A DNA stretch of 64,000 bases from Candidatus Levyibacteriota bacterium. GTDB taxonomy: Bacteria; Patescibacteriota; Microgenomatia; Levybacterales; UBA12049. Made by a program: the position numbers and the translations under genes. Under the pieces are notes generated by a model that saw only the letters and a list, made by a program, of their open reading frames with translations, made no database searches and was not told where the DNA came from. Shown piece by piece: positions 1 through 10,639 of the stretch. The DNA lies in the NCBI GenBank assembly GCA_963716145.1, contig OY970292.1, positions 1,029,404 through 1,093,403 of the forward strand, read 5' to 3'. Within the stretch, counting starts at the first letter, position 1. Each line of letters starts with the position of its first letter.

Positions 1-48
1 TATCTTATAACTTCGTACTAGCATTGAAGCTTCTGATATAATATTTTT

Positions 49-483
49 ATGCAGAAACAACCTCTAACTGAGCGAGAATTTAGAAATATTTATTCAAAAG
101 TACCCCGGCTGTGCGTTGATTTAATAATTAAAACAACAAAGGGAATTTTGCTGACTCTAAGAAAAGAAGATTCATGGAACGGGTTGTGGCATGTTCCGGG
201 CGGCACTGTTTACTACAAAGAAGGTTTGCGGGATGCTGCGCGGAGAGTTGCAAAAGAAGAATTGGGAATTGATGTAGCAGTTGTCAAAACATTGGGTTAT
301 ATAGAGTATTTTAATGAAGATAAAGAAAGAGGGTTTGGATATACAGTAAGCGTTGAATTTCTATGCGATCCAAAGTCTACAGAATTTAAGTTAAATGAGC
401 AGGCAACAGAGGCAAAATTTTTTAAATCCCTTCCTGCAAATATAATTCCTGAGCATAAGGAATTTATTGCAAAATACCTCTAA
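49..483 (+). CDS. NUDIX hydrolase (GDP-mannose mannosyl hydrolase-like)
   Basis: Nudix box GGTVYYKEGLRDAARRVAKEELG; N-terminal VPRLCVDLII; TATAAT immediately upstream. Confidence 0.85.
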   Translation: MQKQPLTEREFRNIYSKVPRLCVDLIIKTTKGILLTLRKEDSWNGLWHVPGGTVYYKEGLRDAARRVAKEELGIDVAVVKTLGYIEYFNEDKERGFGYTVSVEFLCDPKSTEFKLNEQATEAKFFKSLPANIIPEHKEFIAKYL

Positions 484-532
484 ATTGAATAATTATTTTT
501 GCATTTTGGTCTCAATAGTGTAATATAAATAT

Positions 533-1873
533 ATGGATCCGACTGCTCAGCCACCATCTACAGATCAGTCAATTAGTGATCAATCAATGCCAAATCCTAC
601 ACCTGTTGTAAATCCTGAGGAGCAAGCTGCCGCAGCCCGCGGGGATATTCCAATGACTGCCGATAATAGCATCGCAGCTGCCAGTATTGCGGATAATGCC
701 GCATTGAATAATTTAGAAGCTGTAAAATCAGCCCAAATGATCAATAACGACACGACTCAGAAAGAGGTAAATGATGCCGGTAGCACTCCCCAAAAAGTAT
801 CGGATCATGGTAAATCATCAGATCAGATCCGGGCGTTGGGTGAGAAAATAGAAAACGCACCAATTCCACCAGACTTCAAGCAGGAATTGCTTGATAAGAT
901 TGCACGTCTTGCAATGATCCGCTCCTCAGCCGGTTTCCTAAGCTCAACATACATCATGGAGTATGAGTCAACCTCACGTTATGTTAATTGGATAGTGGGT
1001 ATGCCCTGGGATAAAAAAAGCGAGGATCTGCTTGATCTGACAAAGGCAAAAGAAATTATGGACAAAAATCATTATGGATTAGGACCTCTTAAGCAAAGAG
1101 TGTTGGAGTACATTGCCTCACTTATGTTAAGCATCAAAAATTACGGAGATAATGGGAATATTATCAAAGCACCAATTCTTTGTATTGTTGGCTTGGCGGG
1201 AACAGGAAAAACAACCTTCGCCTCATCTCTTGCTGAAGCACTAGGGCGCCAATTTGAAAGAATTCCTTTCGGGGGAATGGCTGATTCCAGAGTTCTTCGG
1301 GGGCAATCACGCTATTTTCCTGATGCAGAGCCCGGGCAGATTATCAAGCGGTTGGCTCACGGCGGTACAAAAAACCCGGTAATCCTGCTAGATGAGTTGG
1401 ACCGCGTAACTGACACGGCAAGGGCTGACATTATGGGTGTATTGATTGAAGTTCTGGATCCTGAGCAAAACGCGCGTTTTACGGACCATTATGTTGACTA
1501 TCCTTTTAATCTGCAGAATACTCTTTTTATAGCAACAGCCAATAATGTCTCAAGTGTCGCGACTGCAGTTCTCGATAGATTGGAAATAATTCAAATGCCA
1601 TCATACAATGATGAGGAGAAAACAGTAATTGGGCGGGATTTTGTTCTTCCAAAGACAATGAAGCTCACAGGTTTACTCCCAGAACAACTTATCGTTGATC
1701 CATCTGTCTGGGATGGTCTTGTACGTCCGCTTGGATATGATCCGGGAATCCGGGGTTTGGACCGTTTAATTACGGGAATCTGCCGGAAAGCGGCAACTCA
1801 GATTATTTTGGGTCAGGCCCAAACTGTTAAAATTACCAACGAAAATATAAAACAGTTCCTGCCGGAGTGGTAA
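533..1873 (+). CDS. Lon-protease-like AAA+ ATPase lacking the C-terminal peptidase domain
   Basis: HYGL..LKQRVLEY, Walker A GLAGTGKT, Walker B ILLDELD, LDPEQNARFTDHY, LDRLEII; protein ends right after the AAA lid. Confidence 0.8.
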   Translation: MDPTAQPPSTDQSISDQSMPNPTPVVNPEEQAAAARGDIPMTADNSIAAASIADNAALNNLEAVKSAQMINNDTTQKEVNDAGSTPQKVSDHGKSSDQIRALGEKIENAPIPPDFKQELLDKIARLAMIRSSAGFLSSTYIMEYESTSRYVNWIVGMPWDKKSEDLLDLTKAKEIMDKNHYGLGPLKQRVLEYIASLMLSIKNYGDNGNIIKAPILCIVGLAGTGKTTFASSLAEALGRQFERIPFGGMADSRVLRGQSRYFPDAEPGQIIKRLAHGGTKNPVILLDELDRVTDTARADIMGVLIEVLDPEQNARFTDHYVDYPFNLQNTLFIATANNVSSVATAVLDRLEIIQMPSYNDEEKTVIGRDFVLPKTMKLTGLLPEQLIVDPSVWDGLVRPLGYDPGIRGLDRLITGICRKAATQIILGQAQTVKITNENIKQFLPEW

Positions 1874-1925
1874 AACCTCTCATTTCCCCCATTGTATTCG
1901 TCTATTATATTTAATATTCTTATTC

Positions 1926-4897
1926 TTGATGAGACTTTTGCCCAAAGTTTTTATTTCTCTGGTAATTTTACTGGTTTCAATTCTGGTTGTTAACTCATCT
2001 GTTGAAGTTGTACACGCAGAACAAATCGGTACGTGGCAAACAACAAAAGAAAATATGAAGATAAAGCACAGTTTTCCTGCGGCAGCATTACTTTCAAATG
2101 GTAAGGTTTTGGTCGTAGGTGCGGGTTCCGGAGGCGGAGGATCAGCAGAGATTTATGATCCATTAACTGATAGCTGGAGAATAACCAATAGTTTGGGTCA
2201 AGGGCTTTTTGCAAATACTGCCACAAACTTGAAAAACGGAAAAGCTTTGGTTGCGGGATATGGTTTTGATCAAGGCAGCGGAGAGCTAATTTCTTCCGAA
2301 ATATACAATCCTACAAGCGATACATGGAGTTTAGCAGGAACCATGGAAACAGCTAGATATCTGCATCAGGCGACTCTACTTAATGATGGAAGAGTATTGG
2401 CAACAGGAGGAATTGGTAATGGCATACTGACAAGTGCTGAAATTTTTAATCCGGCATCAAATCAATGGAGTCCTGCTGGTTCATGAGCACCGCGCGGACA
2501 GGCCACAGCGCAACGACCTTAAATGATGGAAAAGTGTTGGTAGCAGGTGGACAAACTAACTCCAGCAATTATCTTAAAAATGTTGAAATTTACAATCCCG
2601 GAACAAATCAATGGATTTCAGCTGATGACATGTCAGTACCGCGTTTTGGTCATACAGCCACTTTATTGCCCGATGGTAAAGTCTTAGTTGTTGGCGGGGT
2701 AAGTGAAGATGTTCCATTGGCATCTGCTGAAATATATGATCCGGTGAGTGGTAAATGGAGTTCAACGGATAGTATGAACTCCAATAGGATTTATCATATA
2801 GCGACTTTGCTTAATAGCGGAAAAGTGCTGGTGACAGGCGGAGCAAGTGAGATACAGGGTAATTTTGCTGTAACAAATCTGACCGAGATTTATGATCCAG
2901 TATCCAGCAAATGGATTCCCGGGCCTACCTTGAACTCTGCCCGAATTTACCATATGGCAACCGCCTTATCAGATGGGAGTGTTTTGGTAGCTGGCGGGAT
3001 TAGTGATTTAGACAATATTAATAATTGGTTAAATAGTGCTGAGGTGCTAAGAGTTGTCCCCGAGCCATTTCTCGAGTTGCCGTGGGATTATGAGAATAAA
3101 TTAAATAATCCACAAAAAGTAAAACAGGATTTTAGTGAGGCGGCACTGCAAATAAATTCACACTTTGATCATACATATCCATTATTAAGTAGTGGTTTGT
3201 CTGAAATAGCTGGGCATACTAGTGACATAACAGCCTATAACAATAAACTAACTGATCAAGGATACTCATCTCATGATGGCTATGATTATGGATCTCCCGC
3301 CAACATAAATGATGGCGATCCTGTTCTTGCAGCTGCCTCAGGAGTGGCTACGGTAATTCTTGAAAAAGATAGTGGAGGTGGAGGAAATGTAGTTAAGGTA
3401 GATCATGGAAATGGATATCAAACGTGGTATGAACATTTATATTCTGATAGTTTGGCAACAGGTAAGGTAATTAAGGGAGATAAGATTGGTAGAGTTGGTC
3501 ATACAGGTAATTGTTGGGTTTTTGGTGGTCATGGTGAGCGAATATACCGTACTCCAGCTTGCGCGCATATCCATTTTGGCGTTTTTCAAGACAAGAATAA
3601 CGATGGGAATTTTAATGACAATGTACCTGACGGTGCTACCGATCCATTTGGCTGGCAATCAGCCTCTCCTGATCCTTGGGAAAATTATTCTTTTCTACAG
3701 AATGGTATCCAAAGAACAGGTAACAAAAGTTATTATCTCTGGAAGAATAAAATTGATGGACTTAAAAAAGAACTTACAGCCAATGCGGGAGTGTTTAATG
3801 TCGGAAATTACATTCTTGATTTCCCGGCAAATGGTGACCTTGATGGCTTAACACTGGAAATGCAGTCAGCACCTTCCGCAAAAGTTTCAAACTCAATCGT
3901 TTCAGTTGGGTCAACAATGAGCGTGATTCTTAAAGATCCATTGGGTAGTTTGGTAACTGTTCTAACAAAACCAATGGGAATAAGTATAGATTTTTCAACA
4001 ATGGATATTTCACGTTTTAAACCCGGAACAATATCTATCTATTCAAGCACAGATAATGAGCACTGGGTAAAAGAAAATTCATTTGTTGATTTTCTTAATA
4101 AAAAAGTTACAACTCAGGTCAGTCATTTGACATATTTTGCTCTGATGGGTGAAAGAATAGATACCATTGCGCCGGCAACAACAGCGCAGCTATCGGGATC
4201 TCAGGAGCAAGCAAATTGGTTCAGATCTGATGTTCAAATCACGCTTAATGCAGCGGACAATACTGGAGGGCTTGGAATAGATAACACGCAATACAAAATA
4301 GATACTGGAGATTGGCAATCTTACTCAGCATCAATAAGTGCTACAACTGAAGGACATCACAAAATTGAATTTTATTCAGAGGATAAAGATGGGAATGTTG
4401 AGGATGTAAAATCAATAGAGTTTGATGTCGACAAAACAGCACCTGAAGCAAAAATCCAATTTAACATTCAAAAGCAGGAGCTGGAAGTATTGGGAACTGA
4501 CAACTCAGGGCAGGTGGATATAAAAAGCAAAGACCTAGCCAAAAATTTGGAACAAACAACAATTACAGACAAAGCAGGGAATAAACTGGTGATTGAAGAT
4601 CGGGAAAAGGAAAGCGGGCCAAGAGTGAAATTCAATATATTTTCACTTTCGTATAACGGTACCACTTATCAGCAAGATAAAAACAGATTAGTAGTTAAAT
4701 ACAAGGAAAATAAGAAAGATGATATCAAAGAATTTGAGCAGAGATTTGAAATAAAAGATACTGCGAGAATTGTACTAAGTTTTGATCAGAAAAAGAATCA
4801 AACTACGATCACTCAAGATAAACAGAAAACAGAAGGAGATGGAATAAAAATATTGCAATTGATTACAGAAAAAGGTACGCTAAAATATAGTTACTAG
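1926..4897 (+). CDS. Secreted Kelch-repeat + M23 peptidase + Ig-like protein, split by a 1-nt frameshift at ~2482
   Basis: Signal peptide; repeated R..H.AT.L.DGKVLV.GG...AEIYDP Kelch blades running across ORFs 1926-2486 and 2465-4897; M23 motifs HDGYD and HIHF; one added base at GGTTC|ATG fuses the frames. Confidence 0.8.
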
Positions 4898-4898
4898 T

Positions 4899-5450
4899 AT
4901 GAGTAAGAAAATAGAACAACAAAATAAGAATCTTCATATTTATATATTAATTGGGATTTTTCTAGTAGCAGTGTTGTTTTTGGTCAAAGTTTTGACAAAA
5001 GATCAATCAGTTATTGATCAATCACAAGTCCAAAATAACTTAAGCATTACACCAAAAATAAAAACTTACCATTCAAATTTTTTGGGAATTACGATAAATA
5101 TACCCCCAGGTTATGAGACAGAAGAACAGTTTGGGACAATTTCGTTAAAAAAAGGTAAAGAAGGAAAAGAAGTTATTGTATCTAGGATAGGAACAAATAA
5201 CGATAGTCTTGAAGGTTATTTATTTGATATTGCCGACAAAAATCATTTGGAAATTGTTAATAAAGAGAATTTAATCATAAATGGGATAAGTGGCATAAAA
5301 ACAACTATAAAACATCCTATTTCAAAAGATCCAGACACTAAAATCTATTATTTTTATAAAGATTATAGTGCTTATTATATTTCTACAAATAATTCGGAAT
5401 TATATTCCGACCTTGATCAAATTGCCCAGTCTTTCCGCTATGCTCCCTGA
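4899..5450 (+). CDS. Membrane-anchored PsbP-like hypothetical protein
   Basis: N-terminal TM helix; KTYHS..LGITINIP motif and C-terminal DQIAQSFRY typical of PsbP-like folds. Confidence 0.55.
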   Translation: MSKKIEQQNKNLHIYILIGIFLVAVLFLVKVLTKDQSVIDQSQVQNNLSITPKIKTYHSNFLGITINIPPGYETEEQFGTISLKKGKEGKEVIVSRIGTNNDSLEGYLFDIADKNHLEIVNKENLIINGISGIKTTIKHPISKDPDTKIYYFYKDYSAYYISTNNSELYSDLDQIAQSFRYAP

Positions 5451-6594
5451 AAGCCAAAAAACAGATCAAGATAAGGTTTCCAGTCCTACCATTTCTCATA
5501 AATACAAAAAGTATATATTAATATTGTCAATCTTATTCATCCTCATTATTGTAAATGAGGTAATAAAAAGAATCTCAATAAGAAAAGTTGACGATAAGAC
5601 CCAAGTATTGATAAGCAAGACCCCAATTAAAAATGTAAATTCAACGCCTATCATAATAAAGCCAGGTTACTACTACTCAAAATCATTAAAAATCAACATA
5701 TATGTTCCTGAAGGATTTAATGGGAACGAGACTTTGGGAATTATTACTTTAAAAAAAGATAAAGTAAAAGGAGAGATTAGGATTAGCAAAACTTCTACAC
5801 AATATGATTCTCTTGATGATGCTATCAAAAATACCAAAAACAAAGCAATTTTTAATGCAAGAAAAAGCAATATGTCCAATGAAAACGGTATAGATGGAAA
5901 ATCATTTTTTGTTGATGATCCTGTTAGCCCCCAAGAGGGATATTTCTTCTACATAAATCACAATATTTATAACTTTTTTACCGATGATATTGACTTATTG
6001 TTTGAACTTCATGAATTAGCTTTTCGCTTTAAGTATTCTGAGCAGGCAGTAACTCCTGCAGTTAAAAAAGTTTACGATTTTAACAAAATAATGACTGAAG
6101 ATTTTCCAACATATGAGAATAAGGAATTTGGTTTTAGCATTGGTTATCCGCTTGAGAGTGAGCAATCAGATCTAAGTACCCAATCAATAAAAGATAGGCA
6201 CGGTAGTGAGACAGAAGAAGCGTATATTGGAGGTAACCGTTTTGATCTTATCGCTCAACCGCCAGGAGCGTATGAATATTATGATGGTTTAATTGTGGAC
6301 GTTATCTATTTCGATAATTTACGTAAAAAGAATCTCACCCAGTTCGTAAAACAATTTATTGATTATGATCCAGAATATGGGACAGGTACTAAATCAGACG
6401 GAGACGTGAATATTAACGGAAATATTGGAAAAAAACTAACATACTGTTGTTATGCTGGTGGTTCAAGTATGTATTTTTTCTTAACCAAAAGCAATAAATA
6501 TATTATTGGAATTTACAGAACTCCTTTCGGACCTGATAGAGAAAAATATGATCAGGTTGCTGAGAAAATGGTTAAATCTTTTAAAATTGATTAG
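5440..6594 (+). CDS. Membrane-anchored protein with two PsbP-like domains
   Basis: ATG at 5440 overlaps the end of the previous gene; TM helix; YYSKSLKINIYVP and TYENKEFGFSIGYP motifs; C-terminal KMVKSFKID. Confidence 0.55.
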   Translation: MLPESQKTDQDKVSSPTISHKYKKYILILSILFILIIVNEVIKRISIRKVDDKTQVLISKTPIKNVNSTPIIIKPGYYYSKSLKINIYVPEGFNGNETLGIITLKKDKVKGEIRISKTSTQYDSLDDAIKNTKNKAIFNARKSNMSNENGIDGKSFFVDDPVSPQEGYFFYINHNIYNFFTDDIDLLFELHELAFRFKYSEQAVTPAVKKVYDFNKIMTEDFPTYENKEFGFSIGYPLESEQSDLSTQSIKDRHGSETEEAYIGGNRFDLIAQPPGAYEYYDGLIVDVIYFDNLRKKNLTQFVKQFIDYDPEYGTGTKSDGDVNINGNIGKKLTYCCYAGGSSMYFFLTKSNKYIIGIYRTPFGPDREKYDQVAEKMVKSFKID

Positions 6595-6632
6595 TTTTAC
6601 TACGCTAAGTAACCCTCTTTCCGCTACGAACC

Positions 6633-7487
6633 TTAAAGATTGAAATAGTTTATTATATCAAGCATTCCGTTTTGATCTACTGACTTTCCTATAAAATATT
6701 TTCCTTCGCCTTTTTGAGTAATTAGCGCCTTTAACTCTTTACTTCCATTTTCAAGAGTTGCTGCGTATCCGCAAAGCTGCATAAAACTCCAGTCACTTGT
6801 TGTGTCCCCAATTCCCAGGATTTCATCGAAAGGAATATTTAGACTTCTGGAAATTGTCTCAGCTCCTTCTTTTTTTGAGCTCCCAAGTGAAGTAACGATC
6901 CCAAACTGCAAAGGAAGCGCCACCGGATGCAAACCCCAGCCAATTGAAACAAGTCTCTTGAACGGATCAAGGATATCTGAAATACGCTTCTTGTCTTCTT
7001 CGTTTTGGGCTATAGGCATAAACTTTGTAATTTCGTAGTTTTCACTCTCCTCAACTATATCTTTTAATTTTTTGGGCTGTCTCTGTAAAACGAGAAAATG
7101 TTTCGCTGTAATTTCCGATTCTTGATTTGCCTGAATAAAATAATCATCAATAGTATAGAATTCGACATAAATATTATTTTTCAAACATAATTGCAGAATT
7201 TCTTTAGCAATTTGTTTATCTAGAATATGTTTTTCGACAATAACGTTATCAATCGGGTCATAAATAACTGCTCCGGCGTCAGTAATGTGAGGATTATTAA
7301 GATTCGCGGCTTTGATGATATCAAGAATTGCATAATAAGGTTTGGCCGTGCAAAGTGCAATTGGAATTCCTTTTTGTCTGATAATCTTCAATGCCGACAA
7401 GACGTCAGGGTGCGGATGAGGAGAGTTATAACCAATTTTTTCACCTATGATGATTCCATCAATATTGGTAATAATAGCTTTAATCAT
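6633..7487 (-). CDS. Cof-type HAD superfamily hydrolase
   Basis: MIKAIITNIDG motif I (Asp replaced by Asn), LCTAK motif II, SKKEG, GIGDTTSD motif IV; start moved to ATG 7487. Confidence 0.8.
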   Translation of the reverse strand: MIKAIITNIDGIIIGEKIGYNSPHPHPDVLSALKIIRQKGIPIALCTAKPYYAILDIIKAANLNNPHITDAGAVIYDPIDNVIVEKHILDKQIAKEILQLCLKNNIYVEFYTIDDYFIQANQESEITAKHFLVLQRQPKKLKDIVEESENYEITKFMPIAQNEEDKKRISDILDPFKRLVSIGWGLHPVALPLQFGIVTSLGSSKKEGAETISRSLNIPFDEILGIGDTTSDWSFMQLCGYAATLENGSKELKALITQKGEGKYFIGKSVDQNGMLDIINYFNL

Positions 7488-7601
7488 AAAAGAATTATAG
7501 CATTTCGTCATGTCGTGCCAAAATAGAAATGTCACCCCCCCAATATTAACTTTGGCTTTGTTATCATTGCAAATGAAACTTGATCGTATATAATTACAGC
7601 A

Positions 7602-8390
7602 ATGAATCATAATTCAGCTCAATCACTGCAGAAAGAACTTGCTCTCGAAAAAGAACTTGCTCTAAAAGCAGGTGAGATTATGCTGCAATATTTTGATACA
7701 AATCAGCATGAAGTGACAAAAGGTGATGGGACGCCAGTAACGATTGCCGATACGATGATAAATTCTATGGTAATCAAAGAGATTAGAAAAAATTTTCCGC
7801 AAGATACTATAGTCGGCGAAGAAGAAAGTACTGGTACTTATGGGAAAGGGAGGCGATGGATATGTGATCCTGTTGATGGTACAGCTGCATTTGTGATGGG
7901 ACTTCCGAGTTCTATGTTTTCAATTTGTTGCGTGATTGATGGCGTTCCAATGGCTGCGGTTGTTTATGAACCGCTTCGAAAACAACTTTATACAGCTGTC
8001 CGTGGGAAAGGGAGTTACTGCAATGATAAAAAACTTCAGGTATCCAATCATGGGTTTGATAAGGCGCTTATCGCTCTTGCGCCTGATTATATTCGTCCAC
8101 AGTTCGTCAATGAACCATTTATGCAACGTCTTTTGGTACACGACAAGCAACTAGCAATATTTCCTGGAGCAGTTTTTCGCAGTTGTATGGTTGCTCAAGG
8201 AAGAATTGCAGGTTTTCCTCATCCAAGAGTCAAGCCATATGATATCGCGGCTGTTCATTTAATCGTCGAGGAAGCTGGGGGCAAAGTGACAAATGTGCAC
8301 GGAGAGGCATTGGATTATACAAAAAATTTTCGCGGAGCTATTATCTCCAACGGCGTAGTCCATGACGATCTTATTGCTTTATTTCAATAG
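7602..8390 (+). CDS. suhB: Inositol monophosphatase family protein
   Basis: K.DGTPVTIAD, GEE, WICDPVDGT, YDIAA..LIVEEAGG. Confidence 0.85.
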   Translation: MNHNSAQSLQKELALEKELALKAGEIMLQYFDTNQHEVTKGDGTPVTIADTMINSMVIKEIRKNFPQDTIVGEEESTGTYGKGRRWICDPVDGTAAFVMGLPSSMFSICCVIDGVPMAAVVYEPLRKQLYTAVRGKGSYCNDKKLQVSNHGFDKALIALAPDYIRPQFVNEPFMQRLLVHDKQLAIFPGAVFRSCMVAQGRIAGFPHPRVKPYDIAAVHLIVEEAGGKVTNVHGEALDYTKNFRGAIISNGVVHDDLIALFQ

Positions 8391-8409
8391 CTTTTGATAT
8401 AATTTTTTT

Positions 8410-9150
8410 ATGCAAAATCAGCATTTTCAAATTCACCGTTTTGTTAATAAAGAAGAAGCCGTCGTACAAACAGCAAAAAAGATAAATGAGATTTTAACCA
8501 GTCTACGCGTTGAGAAAAAACCCGTACTACTACTTCTTTCTGGTGGATCAGCTTTGGATCTCCTTAATTATATTGATGAAAAAAACTTGGCAGACAAACT
8601 TACAATTGCTGTGCTCGATGAGCGCTATAGTACCGATGAGGTTGTCAATAATTTTATGCAAGTGACCAAAACGCCTTTTTATGCTGCTGCTAAGAAGAAT
8701 GGTGTAAATGTTATAGAGACCGCAGTAAAAACAACTGAGACAAGTGAGCAACTCGCAAAAAGATTTCAAACTGATCTGAAGGTATGGAAAGAAACGAATA
8801 CAAAGGGTGAAATACTTGCCATTGTTGGTATCGGGCCTGATGGCCATACTTCAGGTATGCTGCCATTTTCTGAAAATCCAGAACTTTTTGCTGAGCTGTT
8901 TGAAAATCCAGAAAAATTAGTTGTAAATTATGATGCAGAAGGCAAGAACCCTTTTCGTTATCGGGTAACGACAACCAATACCTTTATGCGTGACTATATC
9001 GATCATGCAGTTGTTTATGCTGTAGGTGAAAATAAAAGAGATGCTCTGGCCCGTCTTATGGCAGAATCAGGTAGTCTTGCCAATACGCCTGCTAGGATTT
9101 TGCGAGAGATGAAGCACGTTGACTTATTTACCGACGTTATTCCAGATTAG
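8410..9150 (+). CDS. pgl: 6-phosphogluconolactonase
   Basis: LLSGGS, DERY, GIGPDGHT, GENK; directly upstream of gnd. Confidence 0.75.
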   Translation: MQNQHFQIHRFVNKEEAVVQTAKKINEILTSLRVEKKPVLLLLSGGSALDLLNYIDEKNLADKLTIAVLDERYSTDEVVNNFMQVTKTPFYAAAKKNGVNVIETAVKTTETSEQLAKRFQTDLKVWKETNTKGEILAIVGIGPDGHTSGMLPFSENPELFAELFENPEKLVVNYDAEGKNPFRYRVTTTNTFMRDYIDHAVVYAVGENKRDALARLMAESGSLANTPARILREMKHVDLFTDVIPD

Positions 9151-9159
9151 AATAGTGAT

Positions 9160-10079
9160 ATGAAGCTTGGATTAATTGGACTTGGAAAAATGGGTAGCCG
9201 GATGGCACTTAAGCTCTTGAAAGAGGGACATGACGTTGTTGTCTGGAACCGCTCGTCTCAGGCTGTTGATGAACTTAGAGCACAAGTCCCCAATGTTAAA
9301 TCTGCTACAACAGTTAAAGAGTTGATTGAGGGCTTAGGAAAACCTCGTATAGTTTGGATAATGTTACCCGCCGGAGAAGCGACGGAAGCCATGATTTCAG
9401 AAGTTTCAAAATACGTTGAGAAAGAAGATATTGTTGTGGACGGAGGGAATTCCAAATATCAGGACACGGAAAGACATTATCAATCGTTTAAAGAAAAAGG
9501 TGTAAGATTTTTGGGAATTGGGGTATCTGGCGGTGTTATATCTGTGGCTGAGGGATATCCGCAGATGGCAGGCGGGGACAAATCGGCTTATGACTACGTA
9601 ACTCCAATTTTAGATTCCCTGGCAAAGCCGCATGGGGGACATGAGTATTTCGGGACAGGCGGAGCAGGGCATTTTGTCAAAATGGTTCACAATGGAATAG
9701 AGTATCCGATCATGCAGGCGATTGGTGAAGGATTTGGAGTTATGGCAAATTCCTCATACAATTTTGATTTATTAAAAATTGCAAAGCTTTATCAAAAAGG
9801 AACACTTGTATCAGGATTTATGTTGGATCGGACAGTTGAAGCGCTTGAAAATGATCCCAAGCTTGAATCAATAGCAGGAGTTATTGGTACTGCATCAGGA
9901 GAGGCATTCTGGACAGTTGAGGAAGCAGAAAAGTTGGGTCAGCCTGTTGAATCTATACAGCAGGCAATTGATTTCCGAAAAAGATCAGAAACAGAAAAAG
10001 CAGTTCAGGATAGTTTTGCTGCGAAAATGGTCGGAGCCTCAGAATCGCCTTCGGCGGCCACCCCGTGAAGAAGAAATAG
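9160..10079 (+). CDS. gnd: 6-phosphogluconate dehydrogenase (decarboxylating, short type); 1-nt frameshift near 10038
   Basis: GLIGLGKMG, VDGGNS, GAGHFVKMVHNGIEY; adding one C after GGAGCC restores the conserved C-terminus ALRIAFGGHPVKKK*. Confidence 0.92.
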
Positions 10080-10113
10080 GCAAAGTTTTTTGAGCTTATT
10101 CTAATTATTTAAA

Positions 10114-10179
10114 TTTCAGAACACTCGGAAAACTCAGCACCCCAGAAGATCAGAGATTCAGAAATATCAGAAAATCTGA
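10114..10179. repeat. Left periodic inverted-repeat arm (TCAGA core every 8-9 nt) of the four-helix-bundle cassette
   Basis: ttcagaaca ctcggaaaa ctcagcac cccagaag atcagaga ttcagaaat atcagaaa. Confidence 0.8.
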
Positions 10180-10191
10180 TACGATGAGAGA

Positions 10192-10557
10192 ATGATACGT
10201 GATGTTACAGATCTAGAAGTTTATAGCGAATCTTTAAGATTGCTCAAAAAACTTTATGAATTTCTAAAGAAACTGCCTAAATCTGAATATGATACTGTGA
10301 TTCAATGTAAGAAATGTGGCAAATCAATTCCCGCAAATACTGCCGAAGGTTGGGCAAAAAGATCTTCTGCTCCGGAGTTTAAAAGATTTCTAAAAATCGC
10401 AATTGGATCAAGCGATGAGTTAATAAGTCATTTGAGAACAGTTGCAATTGTAGTACCAAGATTATTTGATGAGGCAAAAGAATTGGCAGCAGAGTATAAA
10501 GTTTTATCGAAGAGATTAAATAGTCTTCATAAAATCTGGCAATCTGGTAAATTCTGA
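10192..10557 (+). CDS. Four helix bundle protein (23S rRNA intervening-sequence protein / bAvd-like family)
   Basis: DLEVY..S, SIPANTAEG, EFKRFLKIAIGS..E family motifs; 121 aa. Confidence 0.88.
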   Translation: MIRDVTDLEVYSESLRLLKKLYEFLKKLPKSEYDTVIQCKKCGKSIPANTAEGWAKRSSAPEFKRFLKIAIGSSDELISHLRTVAIVVPRLFDEAKELAAEYKVLSKRLNSLHKIWQSGKF

Positions 10558-10604
10558 TATTCTGAGTATCTGGTTTACTGAGTAATCATCTGAGTTTTCT
10601 GAAA
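10552..10604. repeat. Right periodic inverted-repeat arm (TCTGA core) of the four-helix-bundle cassette
   Basis: ttctgat attctgagt atctggttt actgagtaatc atctgagtt ttctgaaa; its reverse complement matches the left arm. Confidence 0.8.
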
Positions 10605-10639
10605 ATGTGTGCTATAATGTTAATGACTATAAATAGCTA

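Noticed and set aside
7632-7664. 18-nt-period duplication AAAGAACTTGCTCT (KELALEKELALK) in the IMPase gene
   Set aside because: A simple in-frame local duplication at the N-terminus with no wider pattern
10192-10557. Diversity-generating retroelement or 23S rRNA intervening sequence
   Set aside because: No reverse transcriptase, no TR/VR pair and no rRNA sequence in the window
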